Assembly (NCBI GenBank): GCA_002269645.1
Contig: NIVC01003235.1
Location: 1 to 45,670, forward strand
DNA length: 45,670 nucleotides
Direction: 5' to 3'
From: Macrostomum lignano
Lineage: Eukaryota
The notes beneath the pieces were generated by a model. It did not search any database. It was not told the origin of the DNA and worked only from the letters and a program-made list of their open reading frames with translations. Both the position numbers and the translations under genes were made by a program. Within the stretch, counting starts at the first letter, position 1, and each line of letters starts with the position of its first letter. Below, one piece after another: positions 23,125 to 35,821 of the stretch.

Positions 23125-23430
23125 GCCAATTATTAATCGGTGTGTGTTTTCCAGGAATACTGATTAGTCTGAATGTTTTGTTATAACGAACTAAATGTAA
23201 GCACAGTGACTTGTTGTCAATTAACTAGGCGTGATTTTAAGGAATACTGACTAGCCTATACTAAAGATTTTGCTATAATAGACTAAGAACAATCAGTCGT
23301 TGTCAATAAACTAACGCATATTTTCTTAGAATAGCTACTGATCAGCCTAAATATTTTGTTATAACGAAATAAGCACAATGACTTAATTGTTGTCAATTAA
23401 CTAGGCGTATTTTCCAGGAATACTGATTTT
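23125..23430. repeat. Diverged ~88-bp tandem repeat, about 3.5 copies
   Basis: GTTGTCAAT(T/A)AACTA recurs at ~23212, 23299 and 23388, with matching GGAATACTGA and TTTTGTTATAA motifs. Confidence 0.7.
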
Positions 23431-23911
23431 CTTGAAGCAAGTTTAATTATAATCTCAAAAAAGAAACCAAAATTAACTACAGATTTGTTATACTTATACT
23501 GACAAAATAATTGTCTAATTTATCTTTGTAACTTTGAATTTGTATTGATTTCGTATCGCCAATAAAACGAAAGCCTGGATATAGTGCAGTTTTAAAAATA
23601 GTCAGATAAAACAATTGTGGAGCTAACTATATGACCAGATTAATAGCAGAGCGAAAAGGCACGAGTACACCTACAGTTAATGATACGCTCGTAAAATTAA
23701 AAAGCGATTTTATTGAGCGAAATGTTTTGTTCGAACGATCGTAGAAAAATATAAAAATCTCCGAGAAACTGGGATAAATAAAATGGCAATAAATTGAGTC
23801 GTTTAAGAAAAAACTGGGACAGGTTGACACAATCTCCACAACAATTGTTTGTTTAAACAACGCAAGGCAATTTTTTAAATGTATTATACTGATTGATTCC
23901 AGCGTGAAGTA

Positions 23912-24615
23912 TACCTTTTTACGTTCTATCTGATAAAAACTGCAACCAATTTGGCCACGGCTCAGCCTGACGCAGCCGCAGCAATTTTCCATAGACAGCC
24001 ACCGCTAGCGGCAACCAATTAGGCAAAAACTGCGAGCCATTCCGCCAGCTTGAAGATAGCAGCTCAATAGCATAACAAACGATAAAGAATGTTAACAATA
24101 CATGCACGAAGTCAGAACATTATGTCCTCAGCATTCAAGCACCGATTGAAGTACGTCTGGGAATGGTTGATCCAGCGCAGGCACTTGAGAGGCGTGAGAG
24201 GCAGTAGGTTGACCTTCGACGAATTGAACAATGGTGTCCACCATAGCCTCCGTCAGCGCCATCCTCTTCACTCCTCCTTTTGGCAGAGTGCCAACTCTAC
24301 CAGTTCGTTCATACGTGGTCACGATGTTCCTCACTGTCGGTTTCTTCATCCCCATCATTCTGCCAAGCTCTCCCCAGTCGTCGCCACTCCTGTAGGCTCT
24401 CACGATTCGCTCTCGATCCAGCTGACTTATCTTTTGGTACGGCCCACGATTCGCCATCAGAGCAGCTGCTATCTTCAAGCTGGCAAAATAGCTCGCAGTT
24501 TTCACCAAATTGGTCGCCGCTAGCGGTGGCTGTCTATGGAAAATTCTATGTCTATGGTCAGGCTGAGCCGTGGCCAAATTGGTTGCAGTTCTATCAAATA
24601 GAACGTAAAAAGGTA
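23912..24615 (-). mobile_element. Internally deleted Tc1/IS630-like DNA transposon (~704 bp, ~150-bp TIRs, TA target)
   Basis: TACCTTTTTACGTTCTAT at 23912 mirrors ATAGAACGTAAAAAGGTA ending at 24615, with TA on both sides. HTH-like N-terminus from ATG 24457 (MANRGPYQKISQLDRERIV..TVRNIV..KGG) is fused to a C-terminal WINHSQTYFNRCLNAEDI tail. The DDE domain is missing. Confidence 0.88.
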
Positions 24616-25047
24616 TATTTAAGGTTCGATGTTTGTATTTTTAGTGTTAAAGATATGTGGCCAATATTCCCAGTTTAATTACAGTTCCCTTAATGGTTAC
24701 TTTTCACTTCGGCACCCCTGGTAATGAGATAAATATAAGTAATATACATTAGCATTATAAAATAGTAATACACATTGGTAATTTACATTAGTAAGAATTT
24801 ATAATATACATTAGAACCGCGTCAATTACATCCGTAAGTTTGTCGTTCAAAAAGAATCCGAAACTCCAGGAAAGTTTGTCCCAGTGCACCTGGGTCCATT
24901 TGACATGGATTGGTCTAAAAATGAAAGTACACAGTGCACTTTTCTTCTAAATTAATTGCTATGCCTAATGTTACTATATTCATTATGATGACAATATCTG
25001 AATAGCAATAGCCTAGGTGTACATTAGAGTGCGGTATGTTTGTCAAG

Positions 25048-25600
25048 TGTCTATAGATCTCATCTTCTGTGTCTACAGATCTCATCGCCAGTGTCTATAG
25101 CTCTCAGCTCATCTTCAGTGTCTATAGATCTCATCTCTGTGTTCATAGATCTCATCTCTGTGTCCATAGATCTCATCTCTGTATCCATAGATCTCATCTG
25201 TGTCCATAGATCTCATCTCCAGTGTTCATAGATCTCATCTCCTGTGTCTATAGATCTCATCTGTGTCCATAGATCTCATCTCCTGTGTCCATAGATCTCA
25301 TCTTCTGTAGCTATAGATCTCATCTGTGTCCATAGATCTCATCTCCTGTGTCCATAGATCTCATCTCCTGTGTCTATAGATCTCATCTTGTGTGTCTATA
25401 GATCTCATCTCCTGTGGTTACAGATCTCATCTGTGTCCATAGATCAAATCTCCTGTGTCTATTGATCTCAGCTTATCTCCAGTGTCCATAGATCTCATCT
25501 ACAGTGTCTATAGATCTCATCTCCAGTGTCTATAAATCTCATCTGTGTCCATAGATCAAATCTCCTGTGTCTATAGACCTTATCTCCCGTGTCTATAGCT
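25048..25600. repeat. ~19-23-bp minisatellite just downstream of the MYRF stop codon
   Basis: Unit (T/C)ATAGATCTCATCTCCTGTGTC with length variants. Confidence 0.92.
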
Positions 25601-25639
25601 CTCGCTAAATACATGTACTGTACATTGTGTCCAAAAATC

Positions 25640-28600
25640 TCAAATATCATCGCCCTCGATGAAACTGATAGGGTTTTGAACGGGACTCACCAGTCCTGTA
25701 GGTGTCAGGCGCAGAGTAGCCAGGTGTCGCAGGTGTGCAGCTGCCCTGCCCAAATTACAGTCGCAGCCCCAATCGGACACGGGCACGCATCCGCCGATCA
25801 GCTTTCCGTCTGATTGAGAAGACGGGCACCTGTCGTGAGCGATGGACGGCTGACAGTAGTCGCAGGTGAGGTTAGTCTTCAGACGAAGATGCAACTCTGC
25901 CTCGGTTGGGAACGAGGCGTCCAGCATCAGTTTTAGCGTCATGTTGCTTCCTCTGCAGTTGCTGTGGTCGAATTGCAGCGCCAAGCGACTGCCGATGTCG
26001 CCAGCCGCCTCGCAGGCCGCATTGCTGCCAACCGTCAGGCTCCATTCGCCTAAATTTGCTGAAGCCAGCCGCGCCGAGCCCAGCTTCCAGATGGCAACAT
26101 CGGTTGATTCGACAAATTGGTTTGCCTGACGAAGAGGCCGTTGTTTATTAAGCATTGAAAGATTTTGTCTCGATGCCGAATGGCAACAGGGAACTGGCCG
26201 ACAACCGGCCCCGTTGCAGGAGTCCGGCCTGATTATTCCATCGTTTGGTTGCTTCGAACTTGTTGGGATGGGTAACTTCGTCGACGTTTTAAGAGTCGAC
26301 GGTGATACTTTTGACGTCTGTCTGTCCGTCGTGGCTGTTACCGTTGACTCTGGCGTCAAACTGGTCATGGATGCCGTCGTAGCAGATGTAGTTTCCAAAG
26401 GCGCGGTTGATACTACTGCTGGAGCTATCCTACTAACGAGTAGTATTACAGCGGTGGCGCAGAAACAGCAGCTGATCAGAGCGAAGACAGCAATTGCTAG
26501 GGTGGCAATTTTCATGCCGCAAGCGGTTGACGATCTCCAACTACGGGATTCGTCGGCTGATTTGCTCTGCTCGGCTGAGTAGCTGCTTCTGGGAATGCAA
26601 GGTTGTTAAGGATTGAAGTTTATTTATAATCTAAGAGGTCGGGTTGGTTAGAACAGAGAGTTTATCCATCTTTGATGTTGCGTCATGGGGTTGGTTGGAA
26701 CAGTGTCCATCTTTGATGTTGCGTTATGGGATTGGTTAGAACAGAAGAGTTTATCCATTTTTGTGATGTTGCGTCATGGGATTGGTTTGAACAGAAGAGT
26801 TTATCCATTTTTGTGATGTTGCGTCATGGGATTGGTTTGAACAGAAGAGTTTATCCATTTTTGTGATGTTGCGTCATGGGATTGGTTAGAACAGAGAAAT
26901 TATCCATATTTGATTTTGCGTCATGAGGTTGGTTAGAACAGAGAGTGTCGTCCATCTTTGATGTTGCGTCATGGGGTTGGTTAGAACAGAGAGTGTCCAT
27001 CTTTGAGGGTGAATCATGGAGTGTGTTATAGCATTGAATGTCTTACAATGAACTCAATCTGTTAACATAATGGTTCATAACTTTTTTGCTAGCTACTTTA
27101 AGTCTGCTCAAGAGATACGCATTTCAAACGTATCTCAGTAGCAAGTGAATTAAAGGCTTTCTGGCTGTTATCTGTGTAAACTGAAGCGGAGTCACTGATA
27201 AGGTCTCATAGATAGGGAGCTTTGAACATTGAGCTGCTTCTCTTTCTAACTGTACGATCATACATATGGTGCGTGTCAGGAAAAAAAGTGAAAGGAAATT
27301 ATCTGGAAGTTTCATAGAGTTTGACTTTTGCACTTTTTTCAGTAGATTTTTAAGAGACTTAATAGAAATTGGTAGAAGACTACAGTTATAAAGTTTCATT
27401 ATAGGTTTCGTATCCTGGAGTGTTGAAATGGAACTCTTGCCCATATGCCCGTGTACCTGTTGTGTGTCGTAGATTTTATAGATAGGTCTCAGATCAAAAT
27501 TAAAATCTTGTTCACTAATTCGGAGAGGGGTTAGATAGCTGAGTATAACAACCCAGCGCAGTGCATTGTTAAAGCTGTATACAAGCCTTCAAATTATACA
27601 TGTGATGAGATCTAATATAAGATTTATGGGACTCAAAAACAGTTTAAGATGAAGCCTCATTACCCAGCATCCGGAGCTCTCGTAGGTGCAGCTCCACCAC
27701 GCCCTGTCTGCTGCTGCTGCCGCTGCTGTTCTGGACTCGCCGGAGCCCTGAGCGAGTCGCGCACCCGACAGAGCTGGCTTCGCATCCTCTCCAGCTCGCC
27801 AATTCGTTTGTCCAAGCTGGCCGTCAGCTCGCCGAGCTGCTTGACGGCGCCAACATTCTCCATATAGATTCGATCTTTGTTCACCAGCAGCAGCGGCTCG
27901 CCAGTGGTTGGCACCAGCTGGGTGCTGCTCTTGCGAACAGCGTCTGGCAGGACTCCGGCAACCTCCTGGGCGATGACGCCGGTGTCTCGAGAGGAGTGCG
28001 ACGCTCCAACACCACCCGGGCCGCCGTCCAGCCGCCTGTAATTGTAAATCCGGAGCTGGCTGATGTTGGCCAGCTGGTCGGCTGGTTGAAGCTCGTCCTC
28101 GATGGCTTTGATGCGAGCGTCCGATGGTTGCAGAAGGTTGCCATTTAGTTGAAGGTTTCCGCTCACCTGAAAGTTTAAGTTGGCATGGGAATTCGGGGAA
28201 TCTAGAGTTTTTTAGGATATACTTATGAGGTTTCCTAAATGACGACTCACAGACCATATTTATTAGAAGACTTCTAAAAGAGTAGCGAGTTTGTATGCTC
28301 AGGATTTGGGCCTACTGCACGGGCTGTGAGCAGTCCAACGGAGCATTTACTCAAGAAAACAAAGTTTCATAAGTACGAGCGCACAAATTTTTCTGTTTTA
28401 GAAATTCTAGAAGCTCAACTTTGAAATGAAATGAAGGACGTCAATTTTACTCTGGTAAGATGTGCCACGGTACCACGTAATTCCAGGCAGCCATATTTCA
28501 AATCTCACCGTCAGCGCTTCACCAGGTGTGGTCGTGTTGATGCCGACTCTGCCTGCGAATGCAGCCACTCCTTTGTCGGGAAAGCGCCAACCATCTGCTG

Positions 28601-31016
28601 CAGGCTGAGCTTCCTCGGCTGCCGATGTCTGCTCCGCTGCGGCATCGGCTGTTCCGGCGGCTGTCGCTGAGGACGCTTCAAACTGTCCCGGATTGGAGGC
28701 GCGCACAATCACCCTGCCGGAGAGCTGACGACACAACGGCACAGCCAAGCCGGACTCCAGCACGGCGTCGATGCCGACCGCCAGCCGAAAGAACCGCTGG
28801 TCCGGGTGCAGCTCGCCGCGACGCCGCTGGTTGTTGAGCGTTGCCGATGTGAAATGCAGCCGTCCAGCCACTGCGCGAACGCGGACGCCTTGGCCCGGAA
28901 GACTCAACGGTTGCGTAACAAACTGACGCCGAGTCCGATTGGCCTCCGCTTGCTCAAGCGCGATCGGAGGCGACTCAAATGGCGATTCCGCTCGAACGGC
29001 GGTTAATGACAGCTGGAAACTGCGCACCAGCTGTACGGTGCAAGACGACTCATCATCGTGGCTTGGGGCAATCGGTACGGCCCACTGATGGCCGCTGACA
29101 CCCACTATGCAGGTGATCTGGATGCGTGGAGATGAAGAGCACGTTGGCCTTGTGGTTTTACTGAAAGTTCATTTTTTTCCATTTTTACACCAAAAAAATC
29201 TGTAATTACTTCCTAATGGAGACAGACCCAATGTACATCCTTTCTTATAGCTCTATTGATATCAATAAAGCTTTTTGTTTAGAAAGTAAGGATCCTATGG
29301 TAATTTTATACCCTACGTACAAGTATTACTTTTTAATTGTACTTAGCTAATATAAAAGTTATTATCTTAGCCTTTATTTTCACTCAGTAGCTAGTGGTGA
29401 GACTTTATTAAAGTGCACTTTAATAAAAGACTAATATTAGACTAATTAGGTAATATTTATGAAAAAAGACAAATAAATATTTTCTCATTTGTATTGAATT
29501 TTTGTAGTTAAAATCCATTTTGTTATAGTCAATAAGCGAAGCATGATACAATTAAGATACATAAAGTCAATGAGTCTGTCATGTTTATGATTTCTAGGAA
29601 CAGGACATGTACGATATAAAATTAACGTAGAATTTTCTAATTTTGTAAGCGAAATTAGTTATGAATATCAATATAGCTACAAGACAGATAAGTCAATATC
29701 AGAAGATAAACATAGGGTCTGCCTTCGATCAAAAGCAATTACCGTCCTTCTACTTGAATATTGCCCCCGTCTGCTACATGTAGGCACTGCACCTGAAAAT
29801 GGTTTTTCTTCTGGCTGATCCAGACGCCCTCTCGACCGCTGAATTGAAATCCTTTGTCGGCCTGAACACTGAAGATGATGTCAGCTTGTCGAGTAGCCAG
29901 CTGCTGCTGTTGCTGCTGTGGGCCGCTGCAGTTCACCACCTCCAGCAAAGTGCCGATTGGAAATTCCGACCAGGATTCAAAGGTCAACGGTCGCTGCTCG
30001 GAGAACGTTGCTGGCGCTGCTGGATCGCGCGGATGAAATCCTGCATTTACAAGAAAAGTTGGCCGTGTAGCATCAAATATTACAAAGGTGACCGGCATTT
30101 TCAAAACTATAAAACTGGCTTACTTTGTCCAGGAACTCGTTCAGACAAAGTTCGCTGCAAACCGTAGCTGCAGAATCCATCCGTGGTTGGAGATGGTTGT
30201 TGAATCTGACCGCTTTGATCGACTCGTTCGTTGTATTGGTTATCAGTTTGAGACCTGAATTTATGTGAGAGCGCAAATGTAATTCAGGAAATTGCTAATT
30301 GAGCTCTCTCTGACTTTCATGTAAAGTTTTACGCTAATTCAGCAACTTGCCAGTCGGGCTCTTGAAGTTCGAAGGATTCCTCCAGCGACGCTGCGCTGTA
30401 ATCATCTCCCATTTGAAACGCGCGATTGTTAAACACATTTCCATCTCCAACCAACAAGTCTGGTGGCGATTGAGCATCGGAACTGGAGTTAGATGCCGAA
30501 TTTAATGGACTATCGTTGTGTGGGCGCTTTGTCGGTGGAAGATGAGCAGGAAGCTGCGGACTGCCGCTTTCCGACTCATACTCCCGTTTACAGGCATTAG
30601 TCGTCGGTTGCTCAGAATTTCGGCGTGGCTGGGATCTAAATGTAAGGTTTTAAGTTCAAAGAGTTTGGAGAAGTTAAGTGGAATCGCTCTACAATCAGAT
30701 ATTTATCACTTAATATCCGTTAGCACTCATAACAGCTATAGCTTTCAATTATCTTTCGACCGACATCGATTTACATGTACGAGCATGTACGATCATCGAG
30801 TAATTGAACTTAGAAATTACCTTACCTTTTCGAAAATTCAAGCAAACTGTTTTCCTCCTTTACAACTGATGATTCATCGACGACGTAGCCAGAAATCAAT
30901 GCATCTGCGCTTCCTCGATCTTGGTTTGAATAATGCATGCTATATTGATACTGGTTTGGAATTGCTGTGCTAAAAGATACACCCTGGTCAAATACTGAAT
31001 TTTCATTCGGATTCAT
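25640..31016 (-). CDS. MYRF: Myelin regulatory factor-like membrane-bound transcription factor, 7 exons, about 977 aa
   Basis: Exons 31016-30826, 30635-30333, 30254-30124, 30040-29793, 29117-28509, 28166-27664 and 26588-25640. All GT-AG with matching phases, total 2934 nt. NDT80 domain (QKKNHFQ, GRLHF, RASNPGQFE), GRVGINT, S74 autocleavage QPSDARIK, ENVGAVKQL coiled coil, TM segment, S/T-rich and Cys-rich lumenal tail. Confidence 0.93.
26638..27005. repeat. ~50-bp minisatellite in MYRF intron 6
   Basis: GGGATTGGTTAGAACAGAAGAGTTTATCCATTTTTGTGATGTTGCGTCAT at 50-bp spacing (~26729, 26778, 26828, 26878). Confidence 0.9.
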
Positions 31017-32574
31017 AATGGACACTTTGATCTGAGTAAGTTGCAGCAAGATTGGCAGTTTCAAAGCCACTGCATAGCGCTAATAGCCGATTAATTACTC
31101 TCTAAATAGGTTTGAAAAAGTGCACTTTATAGCAGTATAAGAAATAATATGAATTTTTATTTTTCTAAGGGCCTAAAAGAATTAAAATTGTAACTTAAAA
31201 CAAAGATTTATTACAAAACTTTTGTGAAAATTGTGAAAATTGTAAAAACTTTAGTAAGTGCAATATTTCGCAGAAAAAAGACAAATTGTCACGCCTGTCG
31301 AACCTGTCAAACCTGGCTTTGACGACGCCCTTTCAAATACCTTACTTAATAGAAATATCGTGTAGTACTCGTTTTCAGCGATCGTGTAAAATTTAACCTT
31401 TTGAATAAATACTAAATAAATCGAATCATACTGGCATAACAGGCTCCTTAAGCCTGAGCCAAATTTACTACTACTGTCGACTGTCGTGCAGTTGCAGTGA
31501 AGTGCAGACTGCGAATATAAAGCTTGAAAGCATGCTTTGCTTTGCTTTGCATTGCTTTGCTTCAGACAAAGAATTAAAAATGAAAACACTGTCCGTAGGC
31601 CTAGTTCTAGCACATATTCCGAAGATGTTACGATGCAATGGTAGTATTGCTGGCTCAATGATGATCTAGAGTGAATCAGTAAGTGAGATTATGAAATAGG
31701 CCCCTAGTCATAATTTGGAAGAATCCTTCCATTCCATAGTTTAGGCCCATGTCTATGTATGGCTAAAATATACTATACAGGCCTAGGCTAACTGTAGCCT
31801 AGTATAGGTATGCCTTTCAAATTTTAAGTTTCTAATTTTTCATGGTGAAGTAAAGGTGAAGCAGCTTAGCAGCATTGAAAAATTTATTTGACTCACAGAT
31901 TTAGGCCCTAATGCTCATCCTGAAACTTAAAAGAACTAAAAACAATTGTTGATTGCACAAGTATTACTGCTTTATGTTATGTAGTGTTCAGCCTTAAGCA
32001 AGCCATAGCAACATTTAAGCTTAATTCAATTTTTGTGTTAGGCCTAAGAAAGCTAAGCCTTAAGCTTAAGTTAAGCTAGGGCCAATGGCCAATGCTTTGT
32101 CTATCCTAGCCATCTGTGGCTAGGGCCTATCCAATATATTATAAATTTAAATTAACTATAAATTGTATAATGATAATTAATTTTAATAAAAAATTGCCTT
32201 TCGCTATGATGCTAATAGCCTATGATGCAGAGAAAGAAACTTGACTTGTTTAAAAAGGCTTATTTAGTCTAAAAACAAGGCTTTTAAATGTAAAATTTCC
32301 ATACATTGCTCTTTTAAACTAATATTAAAGCTAGGCCCATGATTTGTTACAATTTGTATCATTATCATAAATATACAAGTGAACTCCTCCTCTGGAGGAG
32401 AAAAGGGAAGAACTCCCATTACCAGAATTCTATTCCCTGAAATCCATCAGCTGAAAATCCATAACTTGAATCCCATCTTCCAAATCATCTCAAAATCCTC
32501 TGTAATGCCTTTCAAATACCATATCTTGTTTTCCATGTTCACAAAAACTGACTGCCATTGTCTAGACTCAGACT

Positions 32575-33407
32575 CTTTGTCTCCTCTCTCCTCTTTGCTC
32601 TCTCATCTCTAGTCTCTCATCTCTCCACTCTCATTTCTACTGTCATATCTATCAACTTCTATCTCTTATCTCTGCACCCTGCACTTTCATTTTTACACTC
32701 TTCTTTCTCCTCACTAATTTTTCTTCTCTACACTTTCATCTCTCTTATCTCTGATCTTTCATCTTCCTTTTCTCTCCTCTCTCCTTTCTCTCTTTCCTCT
32801 ATCCCTACTCTTCTTGCTTATCTTTCCTCTCTCTCCTCTCATCTCTACTCCATTATTTATCTCTTCTCCCTCGTCTCATCTGTACCCTCTCCTGTCTCCT
32901 CTCCTCTCTTTTCTCTCTTCTTCATTCTCTCTTCTCTCCTCTCGTCGCCCCTCATCTTTTCTCTTTTCTAATCTCTTCTCTCTCTTATTTTCTCACTCAT
33001 CTCTTTTCTCATCAAATCTCTTATCTCTGCTCTCCTCACTTCTTTCTTCTCTTAACTCTCTCATCTCTGAGCTTTTATCTCTCCCCTCTCTGCTCTCTCC
33101 CTTCCCCTTCTCCTCTCAATTCTCTCTCTCCTCTCTTATCCCTCATCTCACTCTTTCTTTTGCTATTCTCTCCTCTTTTCTATTTCCTCTGTAATCCCTC
33201 CTCTCATCTCTCTTGTCTCCTTCTGCTATCTCATATCTCCCCTCTCATCTCCTCTCTCCTCGTCTCTTCTCTCTCCCTCTTTGTTCCCGCCTTACTCCCG
33301 TCTTCTTTCCTATCTGTCATGTCTAATCTTTCCTTTCTCATTTCTAATCACTTTTCTATCATCTCTTTTCTTTTCTCTTTTCACCCTTCTCTTTACTCTT
33401 TTCTCTG
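32575..33407. repeat. ~830-bp pyrimidine-rich (CT) low-complexity tract
   Basis: Plus strand almost entirely C/T with sparse A and very few G. No fixed period. Confidence 0.9.
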
Positions 33408-34876
33408 ACTGACTGAAGATGCCAAATGTATCAAAATCCTCTCTGCAAAGCAGAAATCCTGTTTGTATAACTGAAAACCATCAAAATCCTTTCGGTGAAA
33501 CTTAAATCCATCAAAATCGTCTCCGTAAAACAGAAATCCATCAAAATTCTACCTGCAAAACAGAAATCCTCTTTATGAAACTAGATTCCTTTGAAAATTC
33601 TCTCCATGAAACTGGACTCAATCAAAATTTTCTCTATCAAAAAGAACTTAACTCTCAGGGTTCAGTGGTTAGGGTTAGGGTTAGAGCTGCACAAAGCTGC
33701 TTACCTGTTAAAAGGTGCCGATAAGTAAAAATTGTACCAATTAAATCAATTGACTGTGCAATTTATTTCTCAGTCAGTCAGTGTCAGTTAAAGTTAACAA
33801 AATGATTGCGCAATTTAATCAACTATCCAATATACCATGACCAACCCCTTCCAATACACAGCAGCAAGTAAAAGTTTAACGCAATAATAAAACCAATTAA
33901 ATCTCGGCACTGTCCTATCTATCTACTTACACTGTACTGCTACTATATACACACAGCCCAAGCCTAACCCCCCTCTGTTTTGGGGGAATCATTAACTTTA
34001 ACTCAAACCCCAACATGCAGGGGGTTTTTTTGCATTGAACACAAGAATATGCGCACCCCTCATTATACAGCAACCCGCGGTGGAGGTTGGGTGGTTTTTT
34101 TACAAACTGACCGTCAACTCTCTTACTGGAAAGACAAAAAGGCCAAAGAAGGTTAAAAGCGGTTTTCTGCTTTTTTAGGGATGCTAAAATATGAAAATTA
34201 AAAATTAAAATAGCCTAAAGCCTGATCCAGAAAATTTGCAGTTTTCCCATATAAGTTTTGACGCTGACTTGCCAGTATTGTAGGAGTTCACTTGCAACAC
34301 AAACATTGCTAGAGTTTTAGTATATTGAGAGATAATAAAATTAAATTGGCTTTCAACTCAATAATAAGGTTGATCCTATCAATCCTATCAATGTCGTATC
34401 AATACAGAAGGCCTAATCATTAGGCCTCTAGCCCATTTAATTTAATTTAGTTCAATTAGTTTAAACAAATAATCATAGATTGTAGATTTATAGTTTTTTT
34501 AGTAAACAATTATTTATTTTATATAGGTCCTATCAATTTATTTTATTAAATTTGATTTTTTACTTCTTTTTCTTTTAGTCATCAATTTCTTATTTTTATA
34601 TTTGCTTCTATTAAAGGGGAGTTAGAGAAAATTTTTGGTGGTTGGTTGATTTGCTGACACCATAATTGGGTAGCCTAAACTTCAAATTTCTGCTGGCATA
34701 GAGTTTGCACAAATAATTCTAGAAAAATTGCATAGAAGTCTCAACAAATTTTGCCTGTTTTACTTTGGCTACTGGGATCCTCATTCCAGGGGGAAGAGGT
34801 AGTTGTTATTGTAGTCAAGTGTTGTTTAGCAGGTACAGTCATTCAAATTGGGTCCTTAGACACCAAAGTCAATGTA

Positions 34877-35558
34877 CCCTATTGGAATAAGTTTCAAAAA
34901 CCCGCGGATGCGCAACACAGGTGCCAAAATTGTGCCCTCAAAAGCGCGACGCAACACCAAATTTTGTTGACTGGGGGGTGGCAATGCGTGACACAACACC
35001 AATGTCTGTTGACCAAATGACTGGGGGGGGGAGGACACCACAGCGGCCACGTCGCAATTGACAATTCCCATTCTGCCATTCATTCCCAACACCGAGACCA
35101 TGGGGAAAAAGAAATGAAATTTAACAATAAACAGTAAAACAACAAAGGTACAACACTTAGAAAAACAGCGCACGCATTGTAACTAACAAGTAACATTTCT
35201 AAAAATTATAATTAAAGTATTTATTACTTTACCATCAAAATAAAAAAGAACAATACAAGAACTAGTTATTATCAAACATGTTTGAAACATTTAAATACGG
35301 AGAAACAACCGTGAAGATATTACAATGAAACACAGTTTGTGAGGTTTTGACTACAGATCCAGGCCGCAATGCGACACATGATGACACTAGCCGCCAAGTT
35401 GCCACACTGTTGCGACGCGATGCATGACAACACCAGGTTTCCACAGTGTTGCGCGACGCGATACACCACTTGTCACCACTGTTGCGCGACGCAACACCAG
35501 GAGAATCCAAAAATGTGACAGATGGTCGTCCAAATTTTGTCAACTTATTCCAATAGGG
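34877..35558. mobile_element. 682-bp MITE with 17-bp perfect TIRs and 8-bp TSD
   Basis: CCCTATTGGAATAAGTT (34877-34893) and AACTTATTCCAATAGGG (35542-35558). TCAATGTA on both flanks (34869-34876, 35559-35566). Subterminal CGCGACGCAACAC-type motifs. Confidence 0.9.
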
Positions 35559-35821
35559 TCAATGTATGTCAAATGCTTAGCTGATTACTTTAAGTAGAGT
35601 AGTGCTGCCACTACTGTGATTTACATATTATAAAACATTGGAGTCTCAGAGCTTTCTTTGAGATGAGACCTTTTGGTTGTTTTGTCCCACAGGCAAATAA
35701 CTCAAGCTCAAGATAATAAATACTATAGGCTTTGCTAATCAATGAATAGATATTGTTAATGGTTTATTAATGGCATTATTAGCTACTTTAGATTAGATAG
35801 ACATAGCAGGAAACATACATA

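Noticed and set aside
27124-27444. 106-aa ORF inside MYRF intron 6
   Set aside because: No recognisable motif; flanking splice phases already join exons 6 and 7 in frame without it.
32558-33408. Leu/Ser-rich membrane-protein-like ORFs
   Set aside because: Stop-free artefacts of the CT-rich tract.
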